A DNA stretch of 64,000 nucleotides from an uncultured delta proteobacterium (GCA_963771175.1 CAVYSY010000030.1:64001-128000); one strand, 5' to 3'. Positions 1 to 11,513 are shown, counted from the first letter of the stretch. The notes: generated by a model not told the origin, from the sequence alone. Numbers and translations: made by a program.

Positions 1-6
1 TCCGCC

Positions 7-589
7 GTGCGTCTTCCCTCCTCCTTCTATGCGCGCCCCGCGCTCACCGTCGCCCGAGAGTTGCTGGGCGCCCAACTCGTCCTCGACGAGGGCGGCTGGC
101 GGCGCGTGGGCCGCATCGTGGAGACGGAGGCCTACGTGGGCGAGCACGACCTCGCCTGCCACGCCTCCAAGGGGCGCACCCCGCGCACCGAGGTGCTCTT
201 CGGGCCGCCAGGGCGGGCCTACGTCTACCTCATCTACGGCATGTACCACTGCTTCAACACCGTGACGGACGCGGAGGGGGTGGGCGTCGGCGGTGCTGGT
301 GCGGGCGGTGGAGCCGGTGGAGGGCCTGCCTCCAGAGGCCCGGACGGACGGGCCGGGGCGGCTGTGCCGGGCCCTGGGGCTGTCGCTGGCCCACAACCGC
401 TGGGACCTGCAGAGCGCACGCTCCACCTCGAGGCGGGGCCACCGGTGCCCGAGGCCCGAGGTGGAGCGGGGTCCGCGCATCGGGGTGGACTACGCCGGAG
501 CGTGGGCCCTGGAGCCCTACCGGCTGTGGGTTCGGGGCAGTCAACACGTGAGCCGTCCACCCCGGAGACGGCGCCGCGAGCGCGCTTGA
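7..589 (+). CDS. mpg: DNA-3-methyladenine glycosylase (MPG/AAG family), with apparent frameshifts
   Basis: Motifs [34 protein letters not shown]; second frame [27 protein letters not shown]. Frame changes near 285 and 410-450. Confidence 0.88.
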
Positions 590-626
590 CGCGGGGCGTG
601 GCTGGACTGGGAGGGTGCGCCGCACG

Positions 627-1250
627 ATGTCCGACGAGGCCGTCAAGGAAGAGGATCCGGCAGCTGGCGCTGCTCGCGGGCCCAGGCCGGCGACATCAGC
701 GCCTTCGAGGCGCTGGTGGAGGCCCACCGGGACAAGGTGTACGGGCTGGCGCTGCGGATGACCCGCTCCGAGGCGGATGCCGCGGAGATCACCCAGGACA
801 CCTTCCTGTCCGCCTACCAGCACCTCAAGGACTTCCGCGGGGATGCGGCCTTCGGCTCGTGGGTGCACCGCATCGCCGCCAACCACGCCCTGATGCGGCT
901 GCGGCACCGCCGGGTGGTGCAGGCGGCCGAGGAGGAGCTCCAGGGCCCGGAGTTCACCGAGCGGGGCAGCCTGGCCGAATACCCCCCCCAGCGACTGGAG
1001 CCGCGAGCGCCGAAGGGCAGGCATCCTGGACGCCGAGCTGGGGCGGGCCATCCAGGAGGCGACCGACCGCCTGCCCGAGGGGTACCGGGAGGTCTTTCTC
1101 TTGAAAGACGTGGAGGGGCTCAGTTACGAACAGATCGCCGAGGTGACGGGGGACTCCATCCCCGCCATCAAGAGCCGGCTGCACCGGGCGCGGCTCGCGC
1201 TACGCGACGCCATCGATCGGTTCTACAATCAGGGCAACACCAGCGCGTGA
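627..1250 (+). CDS. ECF sigma-70 factor, with apparent frameshifts
   Basis: Region 2: [35 protein letters not shown]. Region 4 read manually in another frame: [45 protein letters not shown], ending TGA at 1248-1250. Confidence 0.88.
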
Positions 1251-1311
1251 AACCCATCAGGGGGCTGGGCATCTTCGTAGGTACACGAGGCAGGCCGCGG
1301 CCGAGGTCCGG

Positions 1312-1552
1312 ATGTACACGTGTAAAGACTCCATCAACCTCCTGCTGGACTTCCTCGACGGCGAGATACCGCCCGAGGAAGCGAAACATCTGCGCGAGCA
1401 CCTCTCTGGCTGCGCGCCGTGCATGGACTTCCTGCGCACCTACAGGGCCACGCCGGGTCTGTGTCGGCGAGGCGCTGGCCCAACAGATGCCGCAGGAAGT
1501 GTCGGCCAAGCTGACCGAGTACCTGCGCGCCCGAATCAAGTCCGCCTCGTGA
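1312..1552 (+). CDS. Small soluble zf-HC2 anti-sigma factor, with apparent frameshift
   Basis: C..LLDFLDGE..HLSGCAPC (HxxxCxxC) directly after the ECF gene; C-terminus [21 protein letters not shown] lies in another frame. Confidence 0.8.
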
Positions 1553-2626
1553 AGCTCAACCTGAAGTCCCTGTCCTTGCCGGAGCTTGCAGCAGGCACTC
1601 TCGCCCGCGGAGCCGCTCGCCTCACCGCGGTGCGCAAGGTGTTCGCCTCCGTCTTCGCCCATGGGGCCTCCTCGCTGGAGGAGGTGTGCCAGCGCGCCCC
1701 AGGTGCCGCGCCGCGTCGCGGAGCTGCCTCCGGGCGCAGCGCGGAGACTGACCCGGCTGGAGGTGGTGGAGCGCCGCCGGCCGACGACGGCTTCGTGAAG
1801 TACCTCTTCGACTCGCCCCTGGGCGGGCCGGGTGGAGGCGGTGCGCATCCCCATCTTCGACGAGAAGTACGTGGTGTGCGTCTCGCAGCCAGGTGGGCTG
1901 CGCGCTGGCCTGCGACTTCTGCATGACGGGCAAGCTGGGCTTCCAGCGCAACCTGCGCACCTGGGAGATTCTGGACCAGGTGCTGCAGATTCGCGCCGAG
2001 GCGGACCGGCCCGTGCGCGGCGTGGTGTTCATGGGGATGGGCGAGCCGCTGCTCAACTACACGGAGACGCTGCGCGCGGCGCAGCATCCTCTGCCACCCG
2101 GCGGGCTTCGCCATCGCCGGCCCGTCCATCACCTTCTCCACGGCGGGCATGGTGCCGGCCATCCGGCGCTACGTGCGCGAGGGGCACCCGTACCGGCTGG
2201 CCTTCTCGGTGACGAGCGCCATCCCGGAGAAGCGGGCGAAGGTGCTGCCGATCGAGAAGGGCGCACCCGCTGCCGGAGCTGGTGGACGCCATCCGCGAGT
2301 ACGCCGCCGTGCGGCGCGAGCGGGCGATGATCGCCTACGTGGCCATCAGCGGCTTCAACCTCGGGCGCGAGGACGCGGTGGCGCTGAAGGAAGCGTTCGA
2401 GGGCATCCCCATCAAGGTGGACCTCATCGACGTGACGGACCCGACGGGGAAGTACCTGCCGCCCACGCCCGAGGAGCTGAAGGCGTTCCGGGACCACCTG
2501 CAGATACTGGGGGCGCCCATTGCCCGGCGCTACTCGGGGGGCAAGGAGATTGGGGCGGCCTGCGGGACGCTGGCGGCCTCACAATATGGCGGCGTGGTGC
2601 TGCCGCCGCCGGGGACCCCTGGTTAA
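1549..2626 (+). CDS. RlmN/Cfr-family radical SAM RNA methyltransferase-like protein, with several apparent frameshifts
   Basis: [21 protein letters not shown] (CxxxCxxC), [10 protein letters not shown]-terminal [11 protein letters not shown] start overlaps the anti-sigma stop (GTGA). Confidence 0.85.
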
Positions 2627-2637
2627 TCTGGCGGTAC

Positions 2638-3252
2638 ATGGTCGAGTACTTCGACAACCTCATCACGCACATCGGCCTGCTGGGGCTGCTGGTGCTCGGG
2701 CTGGCGGCGGCGGTGGAGTACGTGGTGCCGCCGTTTCCCGGGGACACCATCACCCTGCTGGGCGGGGTGTATGCGGTGCGGGGCGAGCACCCATGGCCCC
2801 TGGTGTTCCTCGTGGTGGTGGCGGGGAGCGTGTTGGGGGCGTTCATCAACTACCAGCTGGGACGGTGGCTGGTGGGGCGCTTCGAGCGGCGGCCGGGAGA
2901 GGCGTTTTTCGGCATCACGCACGCGAGGCTGGAGTCGGTCCAGTCGCAGATGCGACACAAGGGGCCGTGGCTGCTGCTGGCCAACCGCTTCATTCCAGGG
3001 GTGCGGGGGTTGATTTTCGTGGCGGCGGGGGCGGCGCACATGCCGCGCAGCAATGCGCTGATTCTGGGGGCGCTGTCGGCGATGGCGCACACGGGACTGG
3101 TGCTGGGGCTGGGCGCGGCGGTGGGCGGCAACCTGGAGCAGCTGGAAGAGCTGATGTGGCGCTACCAGCAGGCGATCCTCGGACTGGTGGCGGTGGGCGT
3201 AGTGGCGGTGGTGGTGCGGGCCCTGGCGAAGCGCAAGACGCCGGCCACCTGA
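2638..3252 (+). CDS. DedA family membrane protein
   Basis: EYVVPPFPGDT, GSVLGAFINYQLGR, NRFIPGVR motifs and hydrophobic helices. Confidence 0.9.
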   Translation: MVEYFDNLITHIGLLGLLVLGLAAAVEYVVPPFPGDTITLLGGVYAVRGEHPWPLVFLVVVAGSVLGAFINYQLGRWLVGRFERRPGEAFFGITHARLESVQSQMRHKGPWLLLANRFIPGVRGLIFVAAGAAHMPRSNALILGALSAMAHTGLVLGLGAAVGGNLEQLEELMWRYQQAILGLVAVGVVAVVVRALAKRKTPAT

Positions 3253-3279
3253 GGGCGATTGGGAATTCGTGAGCAGCCT

Positions 3280-3639
3280 ATGAGTGCGCAGGCCTCGAGA
3301 CCTCCAGGGCGCGAACATCCGGTGTTCGTATTGGATGTGTTGATGGGGATTCGGGAGGAGGCCCGGAGCGGGCGCCCCTTCTGGTTCTTCTTTGGGGCCG
3401 AGAGCGCCGAGGCGATGTGGGCCTATATCGCAGGCTACGTGAGTTGCTGTTACCGCAACGGCTTCACCGACGAGGAGTGGGGTCGGTTCGTGGATTGGCT
3501 CGCGGATGTGAAGCACGAATTTCCCGAGGGTGGAGGTTGGGTGAAGAAGTTCCTCGACGACTGCGGCGGCGACCACGGCAAGGCGATGATGAAGTTTCTC
3601 GACCTCGTCGCGGAGTTCTGCTCCACGCAGAGGGGCTGA
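3280..3639 (+). CDS. Hypothetical small protein, possibly an orphan immunity-type protein
   Basis: Compact ORF rich in aromatic residues (FVDWLADVKHEFPEGGGWVKKFL..AMMKFLDLVAEF); codon usage less GC-skewed than its neighbours. Start could also be 3259. Confidence 0.6.
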   Translation: MSAQASRPPGREHPVFVLDVLMGIREEARSGRPFWFFFGAESAEAMWAYIAGYVSCCYRNGFTDEEWGRFVDWLADVKHEFPEGGGWVKKFLDDCGGDHGKAMMKFLDLVAEFCSTQRG

Positions 3640-3803
3640 GCGCCAGCGCACCGCGCTCAGGGCGGAATAGTGCAGTGCACTGGAGGTCCGTGCGGTGGGC
3701 TGAGCCCTGTCGACGTCACCTGAACGACAAGGTGAAGCGGTTCATCCTCATGGTGCATGAGGGGGCGTTGAGCGTGCGAGCGGGCCCGCGTTAACTGGCG
3801 GCC

Positions 3804-5932
3804 ATGCTCCGTTCCCGCCCCTGGTTCCTCCTCCTCGTGGCGTTCGTGCTCGCTGGCGGCTGTCAGTGTGACGAGCCGCCCGTGAGCGGGTCGCGTGGGG
3901 GCTTCCGAGTGGAGCAGGAGGTGCTCGACTTCGGTCGGGTACTCGAGGGCGACACGGGGCGCGGCTCGGTGCAGGTGTTGGGCACGGGCCGCGCCAGTGT
4001 GACGGTGTCCGCCTCGGTGCGCGGCGGTCCCTTCTCCCTGCCTCGAGCCCGAGGTGTCCGTTCCGGGTGCCGGCTCGGCCTCGGTGGAGGTGCTGTTCCT
4101 CGCGGGGAATGGCCCGGCGGAGGGCACGCTGGTGCTGTCGGCGGACGGTCACTCGCAGGAGGTGGCCCTGCGGGGCGAGGGCGTGCGGCCGTTGGCGTGC
4201 GTGCCCTCGGCGCAGTGCCGCCAGTCCCGTTTCGAGCTGGAGCCGGGCGTGTGCGTGGAGTCGGTGGTTCCGGATGGGACGGCGTGCATCCCCGGGAGCC
4301 GCTGCCAGGAGCGCGGGCATTGCCAGTCCGGGGTGTGCGTGGGCTCGCCGCGCTCGTGCGATGACGGCAATCCCTGCACCCGTGATGCGTGCGCGCCGGA
4401 GATGGGTTGCGTGACCTCGCCGGTGACCTGTCCCTCGTCCGGCAATCCCTGCCGCGTGGGGGTCTGTGACCGGGAGGAGGGTTGCACCGAGGTGGATGCC
4501 TTGGACCTGACCGTCTGTGGCAAGGTGGACTGCATCTCCGCCCGGCTGTGTGTCTCCGGCACCTGTCAGGATGTGCCCACTCCCGAGGGCTTCACCTGTT
4601 CGCCCGCCACGCCGTGCCAGGGCGAGGGACACTGCAGTGCCGGCAAGTGCGTGCGCCCGGACGCGGGGGAGCTCGCCCCGGCCTTCGTCCAGGAACTCGG
4701 CGGCGAGCCGTCCTCCGAGCCCGGCGGACCGGTGCTGCTCACGCACGGCGGAGCCCTCTTCGCCTCGGTGTGCGGTGGAGATGCCGGCTGCCGGCTGGTG
4801 TCGTACACGAGCAACGGTTTCCTGCGCTTCGAGACGCCCTACCCGGATGGTGCGGCGCGCACGCTGCTCGCCGTCTCGGACGCGGGCGTGGTGTTGCACG
4901 AGCCGGGTGCCCTCGAGTCCTACGCGTCCGCGGGGACGGGCGCCTCGCTGTGGCGCGTCCCTCTCATGAGTCTCGAACCGCCAGCGGGCGATGGGGGATG
5001 GGTTCCCTCCACGGGCGCGGGGCGCACCGCACTCGGCTCCGAGGGCGAGGTGGTGTCGCTCGTGTCGTGGGCACCGCCGTCGGACATGGCGGATGGTGGC
5101 GTGGCGGGGGACGCGGGAGGACGCGCGACGCTCGTGGTGCTCGCCTCGGATGGGGGCGTGCTGCGCTCGGGTCCGGTGACCGGCTTCGCGGGAAGTGCGC
5201 GGGTGGCGCTGGACTCGCGAGGGGACGTCTTCCTCTTCGCCGCGGGCGGGCCGTTGGCTCGCGCCGAGCCGGAGGATGGCGGCGCGGGCTTCCTCCTCGT
5301 GCCGCTGCTCGCGGAGATGCCGGAGGCGGGGGCCTCGCTCGCCGTGGCGGGGGGGCGGCTCTTCGCCGGGACGCGGGCCTTCGTGGACGCGGATGGAGGT
5401 CTGTCCGGCACGGCGGACTGGGAGACGGCGGGGCGGGTGACCCGGCCACTCGACGAGCCCGTGCTGCTGCTGGCGGACACCGGATACGCCTTCGCCCGGA
5501 CCTGTCTGCGCCCGGACGGCACGTCGTGTACTCCGGACGAGGAGGGGCTCGTGCTGCGCGCGCTCGATGTTCGCGGTGGCTCGGTGCGGTGGGAGACCTC
5601 CGTGCTGCTGGACGAGGCTCCGGGGATGCTTCACGAGGCGACGCTGGTCCAGGGGGGCGCGGTGAGTACGGTGACGAGCGTGCGGCTCGCGGGGGGCTCG
5701 CGGTCCTACGTGCAGGTGTTCGCCAAGGGAGAGCGTCTCATGGCGTGCCCGCTGCCCGGCAATCCCCACGTGGCCGGTGCCGCGTACGCTGGAGCGCTTC
5801 GTCTACGTCGCGCTCGAGCGCGACGGCACCTGGTGGTTGGAGGCGTTCGACCTCGGGGAGCTCGTCACGGCGGAGACGCGTGGGTGGCCCCAGGGGGCCG
5901 GCGTCTCCGGCTCGCGGCGCGCGCGTCCCTGA
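3804..5932 (+). CDS. Secreted/lipoprotein Cys-rich repeat protein (tenascin-like), with apparent frameshifts
   Basis: Signal peptide/lipobox (FVLAGGC), Ig-like N-terminus (LDFGRV), [16 protein letters not shown] repeats. Frame changes near 4045 and 5795; manual reading ends TGA 5930-5932. Confidence 0.7.
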
Positions 5933-5935
5933 GGC

Positions 5936-8900
5936 TCAGCGCGTCTCTTCTTTCTCCTCCCTGTCCATCCACAGGTCCTCGAAGCGCACCTGCGGCGGCG
6001 TCTGGTGCAGTCGCAGCCCCTGCACCCGGCCGCTGGCCGCCGAGTGCTCGCGCAGGTGGAAGAGCGGGATGATGGGGCAGTCCTCGTAGGCGAGCTTCTC
6101 CGCGCGCAGGTAGAGCTGCTTGCGCTGCTCCGGGTCGATGGTGATGCGCGCCTCCGTCGTGAGCTTGTCCAGCTCCGCGTTGCGGTAGCCCAGCGAGTAG
6201 ACCGTCTGTGCCTTCGAGTTCAGATGGAAGTAGAGGAAGTTGTCCGGGTCCGGGAAGTCGGCGATCCACGCCAGGCGGAACGCGGGGAGCCGTCCTTCGC
6301 GACGCCGCTCCTCGAACTCCTCCGCGCGCAGCTCCACGTGCCGCAGCTCCACCAGCCCCGCCTCCACCAGCGGGCGGAAGAGGACGGCATCCTCCGCCGA
6401 GGTGTCGCGTCCCACCGCGTGGTAGAGGGTCAGCGGCAACACCCGCACTCCGGCCTCCCGCAGCAGTCGCTCGGCCAGGCCGATGTCCAGACACGGCTCG
6501 GGCTGCACGCCTCCGTCGTCCAGCAGCTCCGGTGGAGTGAGCATGCGGGCCACGCGCGCGCCCTTGTGGAAGCGATCCACCAGCCCCTGGAGATCCAACC
6601 CCGCCCGGAGGGCCTTGCGGACCCGCACGTCGTTGTACGGCGCCTCGCGCAGGTTGAAGCCGAGGAAGGCCGTGGATGGAGTGGTGCTGGTGACGACCTG
6701 CTGCCCTTCCTGCTCGAGCGAGTCCACGTGGGTGATGAACAGATGCGACACGAGGTCCACCTGTCCTTCCCGCAGCGCGGCCACGGCCTGCTCGCGTGAG
6801 TCCAGCAGGTGGAACTCGAGCCGGTCCAGCAGGGGCTGTTCCCTGCGCCAGTAGGTGGGATTGCGCTCGAACGTGATGAGGTTCGTGTCGATGCTCGACT
6901 GTCGGAAGGGGCCCGTGCCTATCGCCTGGCCATTCGAGCTCAACCGGGCCACCGCCGTGCCCGGCAGGGCCATGAGCTGGAGGAAGAAGGACTTGGGCTC
7001 CTCCAGTCGGATGTCGAGCGTCAGGTCGTCCAGCACCTCGAGGCCCGTCACCTCGCCGTGTCTTGCCCTCCGCGAACGCCTTGGCTCCCTCCACATCCTC
7101 CAGCAGGCCGCGCTCCGGCGACTTCACCGCTGGGTCCAGCAGCCGCTCGAAGTGGCGCTTCACGTCGCGCGCCGTCAGGGGCTGCCCGTCGTGGAAGGTG
7201 ACGCCCTTGCGCAGGTAGAAGCGGTAGCGGCGGGCCGAGGGGTCCGCCTCCCAGCGCTCGGCCAGGTCCGGCACCAGCACGCCATCGTCCAGCCGCAGAA
7301 GGCTGGAGAAGATGCAGCAGCTCATCTCCAGGAGCTGGCTGTCCATGGCGAAGAGCGGATCCAACCCGCCTCCCATGGCCCGGACGAAGGTCGTCTGGTG
7401 GATGCCCGCTCGGATCGTGCCTCCCGAGTGAGGTGCCGGCAGCCGGAAGCGGAACACCTCGCCGTCCAGACTTGCCGCCTCGTGGGCCAGTTGCTCCACC
7501 GTGCGGCTCAGCCCGTCGCCGATGCGGATGACCTGGAGCGCGTCCTGGCTCACCCGCGCCACCTCCTCGCCGATGGCCGTGTCCCCGCGCATCAACACGC
7601 CGTGCGCCGCGCGGATCTCCTCGATGGCCGCGCTCAGCCGCAACACCGCGTTGGACAGGTCCCGGCCCGTGCGAGCCTGACCCTCCGCCTTGTGCGAGGC
7701 CTCCTGTGCCAGCTTCGCCATCTGCTGCGTCTGGTGCACCAGCTCGCGCCCGTGCCCCGCCTGCTCGATGGCGGCGCGCGTCACGTCGTCCACGCGCCGC
7801 GCCACCCGGCGGCTGGCCTCCACCACCGTGGAGCCCTGGGCCTCCAGCCGCTTCGTCTCCGCCAGCGTGGCCTCCACCGCCGTGAAGGTTCGCTGGGTGA
7901 TGGTGCGGATTTCCTTCAGCGCCTCGGCCGCCCGGTCTCCCAACAGCACGCCCGTGCCGGCCTGCTCGCGGCCCTCCTTCACCAGTGACACCGTCGTGTC
8001 CACCTCCCGGCGGACGCCACCCACCATGGTGGCGATCTCCCGCGTGGAGCGAGCGGTGCGCTCGGCCAGGCCGCGGATTTCGTCCGCCACCACGCCGAAG
8101 GGACGCCCCTGCTCACCGGCCTGCGCGGCGATGATGGCCGCGTTGAGCGCCAGCAGGTTCGTCTGGTCGGCGATCTCCTGGATGACGTCGACGATGCGGC
8201 CAATCTGCGTGGAGCGCACCCCGAGCGAGTCCACCAGCTCCGCGGCCTTGCGGACCGTCTCCTCCACCCGGTACATGCCCTGGACGCACTCGGTGACGAG
8301 CACTTCGCCGCGCTCGGCGGTGGCCGTCACGTCGTGGGCGAGCTGATTCGTCTCCGTGGCGCGCAGGCGCACCGCGTCGATGCCCGTCTGCACCAGTTGG
8401 ACGAAGTCCTCCGCCTCGTTGGCGAAGCGCGCCAGCTCATCGCCCGAGGAGGCGATGTGGTGGAGCCGCTCGCTCATGGACTGCACCTGCTGGGTGGTGC
8501 GGTGCGAGAACTCGTCCAGTGCGAGCAGCGCCTCGGCCACCTGCCCGAGTCGCTCGGCCATCTCCACCAGCGAGCCATTCGTCTCCTGGGCGAAGCTCTC
8601 CAGTTGCGTCACGCGCTTGCCCGCGGCCTGGAGGCTCTGGCCCATGCTTTCCACCGACTCCTGCGAGCGCTCCACCGCCCCGCCCTGCCGGCGCGCGGCC
8701 TCCAGCAGCACGCGCACCTCCTCGGACACGCCCTGGCAGGTGCGGCGCACGTTGCCCGTCACCCGCTGCACCTGGCTGAGCGCGCGGCGCAGGGAGTAGA
8801 TGAGCCGGCGCACCTCTCGCTGATCTCCCATGCCGTCGTAGACGGCATTGGTGAGGTCCCCCTCGGCCAGCCGGCTGAGGATGTTGGTGCGCTCCTTGGC

Positions 8901-9095
8901 GCGCTCCATCGCCCAGACGAACCAGAAGGCGTAGCTCGCCGCCAGCAGCAGCAGCGGCGTGGCGACGAGCAGCACGGCCCAGCCGACGGGGGGGACCGGA
9001 TGGCCGGTGAAGACGTGGAGCAGCCCGCCGAGGGCGGCGGCAAGCAAGAGCCCCCCGACGACCATGAATGTGAAGAAATACTTTTTGGCGGCCAT
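5936..9095 (-). CDS. Methyl-accepting chemotaxis protein fused to a family-5 (OppA/DppA-like) solute-binding domain; one apparent frameshift near 7060
   Basis: Two N-terminal TM helices, HAMP, MCP signature [39 protein letters not shown]; then in the same frame [22 protein letters not shown]; after the shift [34 protein letters not shown]. Confidence 0.88.
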
Positions 9096-9163
9096 GTGAG
9101 AACGGGAGTCACACCGTATCCCGCATTCTCGCCGCGATCTTCAATTCGGCACAGACTGAGGGG

Positions 9164-10186
9164 GTGCTCGCTCTCTTCTCCGTGCTCCTGCTCGCCCTGC
9201 CGGCGGGGAAAGGTCCGTCCGCTGCCACCTCCGAGGAGACCTCCCGCTTCGTCTTCGCCTGGCGGGGAGTGCCGGTGGGCACCGTCAGCCTCTCCCTCGC
9301 ACCCGAGGTGAAACGTTTCACCTACACCTCGCGTCACCTGCACACGCGGGGGGGACACAGGGGCGAGCGTGTGCGGGAGGTTTCCCTGGAACTGGGCTCG
9401 GGGGGCACCGTGGTGGGGCGCTCGAGCGTCCCCCAGGCCTTGTGGCTGTGGCGGGGGCCTCCAGCCCTCGGGTGTGTGACGGGACGGGAGGAGCTGTCCG
9501 GCCGGGAGGGACCCCACTGCGTCACCGCCGTCCGGGGAGACACGGTGGAGGGAACTGTGTTCGGCCAGCCCTTCACGGCCCGTTATGACGAGCGCGGCCG
9601 GATGGTGGCGATGGAGGTGGGGGAGTCGCGCTTCACCGAGGTCGCGCCCGGAGTGCGGTTGCGGCCCCCTCCCGAGCTCTTCGCGGATGGGCTGCCCGTG
9701 GAGGGGGAGACGGGCCCACTCGCCTTCTCTCCACCATGGCCGCTCGCGGGGCGTCCCTCCTGGCTGACGGCCTGGCGGGCGGGAGCGGCGCGAGCACTCG
9801 CGGAGGAGGTCCACGCCGCCTTTCCGGAGAAGGGTCCGGGGGAAGCGGATCTCCGCGAGGGCGGCGAGGGCGAGGCGGGAGGGTGCCTGGCCCATGCACT
9901 GCGCTTCGCGGCGCGGGCGGTGGCGCGCGGGCAGCGGGTGGCGTTGGTGCACGGGCTGCTCGTGGTGGACGGGGGGCCCGCCCGGCCTCATGCCTGGGTG
10001 CGCGTGGGCCTCGGGGGTGGGGGCACGTTGGACCTGGACCCCACCTCGTTGGACCCCGTCACTCCGGAGACGCACCTGCCGCTCGCCCTGACCGAGCCCG
10101 GCGGTGCCTCGGTGGAGGCCGGAGAGCGGTGGTTGGCGCTGCTGCGCGGCGAGCACCGCGTGGTGCGCCTCAGTCGAAGGGAATGA
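9164..10186 (+). CDS. Secreted transglutaminase-like (Cys-His-Asp) domain protein
   Basis: Signal peptide; GGCLAHA, HAWV and LDPT motifs. Confidence 0.65.
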   Translation: MLALFSVLLLALPAGKGPSAATSEETSRFVFAWRGVPVGTVSLSLAPEVKRFTYTSRHLHTRGGHRGERVREVSLELGSGGTVVGRSSVPQALWLWRGPPALGCVTGREELSGREGPHCVTAVRGDTVEGTVFGQPFTARYDERGRMVAMEVGESRFTEVAPGVRLRPPPELFADGLPVEGETGPLAFSPPWPLAGRPSWLTAWRAGAARALAEEVHAAFPEKGPGEADLREGGEGEAGGCLAHALRFAARAVARGQRVALVHGLLVVDGGPARPHAWVRVGLGGGGTLDLDPTSLDPVTPETHLPLALTEPGGASVEAGERWLALLRGEHRVVRLSRRE

Positions 10187-11195
10187 TGGACAGCTTCGCG
10201 CCCGCGGGAGCGTCCAGCAGCTCCTTGGTCTTCGCCGGCAGGTAGGCGCTCTTGTCGTCCAGCCGGGCCGTGGTGCGCACCGCGCGGAAGCGGTTGCGCC
10301 CCGACTCGCGCTCGAAGGAGACGAGCACGTCGTCCCCCTCCAGCTCGAAGTCCTCCTCGGCCAGCTTCACCGAGCGGTAGCGGCGCACCAGGGAGATGTC
10401 CGAGAGGTTGGCCTCGAAGTGGGGGCCGCCGTCGAACGGGTCGATGCGCTCCACGTAGCGGAAGCCGATGCGCTCCAGCATCCGCTGCACGCCCTGGGTG
10501 TCGGGGCCCACCTCGCCGAGCACCTTCTGCACGCGGTCGGGGAAGAGCGACGCGTAGATGTCCGAGGAGGGGAAGAGCTCCTTGATGAACTCCTTGTTCT
10601 GCCGGCTGAGGCGATCCGCCTCCTGGTAGGTGAGGCCGGTGAACTTCTTGCCGCACGCCTCCCACAGCAGGCTGCGCCCGTCGGGGAGCAGCGGCGGCAG
10701 CAGCTCGGCGAGCACCCGCGGGCGGAAGATCCGCCTGTGCATGGCCATGAAGAGGAAGCGCACGTAGGAGAGCTGCTTGCCGGGCTTGTCCGGTGTGGCG
10801 CGGTAGGGCGGGTCCACCACCAGGCCGCCGATCTCCGTGGGGCCCTCGTAGTTGTAGCCGATGGAGAGCACCTTGTGCCGGAAGTGCCGGTCGATGCTGG
10901 CCGAGTAGTGCTCGCGCTCGGACACGTCGAGGTAGATGTGCGGCGCCTCGTAGGTGCCGTGCTGCGCGATGATCATCGACGTGCCGATGATGAGCTCGTT
11001 GCGCACGTCCTCCAGGACGAAGAGGTATTCGCGCTCGAAGGGGTCCTTCACCTTGCCCGCGAAGCTCTTCACGGACTTGTCGATGATGGCCTCGAGCGTC
11101 TCTTCGTTGTTGGGCAGGTTGACGGTGTTGAGCACCGCGGCGAGCCGCTTCAGGCCGGGCAGATCGGTCTTCTGGACATCGCGCAGGACGAGCAT
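10170..11195 (-). CDS. astA: Arginine N-succinyltransferase
   Basis: YLFVLED, TEIGGLVVDPPYR, KQLSYVRFLFMA, VLAELL, GFRYVERIDPFDGGP. Confidence 0.88.
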   Translation of the reverse strand: MLVLRDVQKTDLPGLKRLAAVLNTVNLPNNEETLEAIIDKSVKSFAGKVKDPFEREYLFVLEDVRNELIIGTSMIIAQHGTYEAPHIYLDVSEREHYSASIDRHFRHKVLSIGYNYEGPTEIGGLVVDPPYRATPDKPGKQLSYVRFLFMAMHRRIFRPRVLAELLPPLLPDGRSLLWEACGKKFTGLTYQEADRLSRQNKEFIKELFPSSDIYASLFPDRVQKVLGEVGPDTQGVQRMLERIGFRYVERIDPFDGGPHFEANLSDISLVRRYRSVKLAEEDFELEGDDVLVSFERESGRNRFRAVRTTARLDDKSAYLPAKTKELLDAPAGAKLSIIPFD

Positions 11196-11513
11196 GGGAG
11201 CACCTGGGTTCCCCCTGGAGGGGAAACCGCCGAAGGGGGGCACCATACACCAGCCCTGCATGCCGTCAGCCGCCCGCACGCCCTTCTGCTTCGACGCGTC
11301 GCGTCGAGCTGGCTCGCCTGGCCGGTTGACGGGTAGGACAGGCTGTCTCCTCCTCCAAGAAAGACAATCAATGGGAGTCGAACGCCCGGTTGATTGTCTG
11401 CTCTTCTGTCAAGGGAAAAGAAATAACAGTCGCTTGAAATAGAAGAGAAACGTGAGAGCGTGCGCCTGTCGTTGGCTGTCAAACATTCTGCCAAACATTA
11501 GCGAGGGCGCGCC

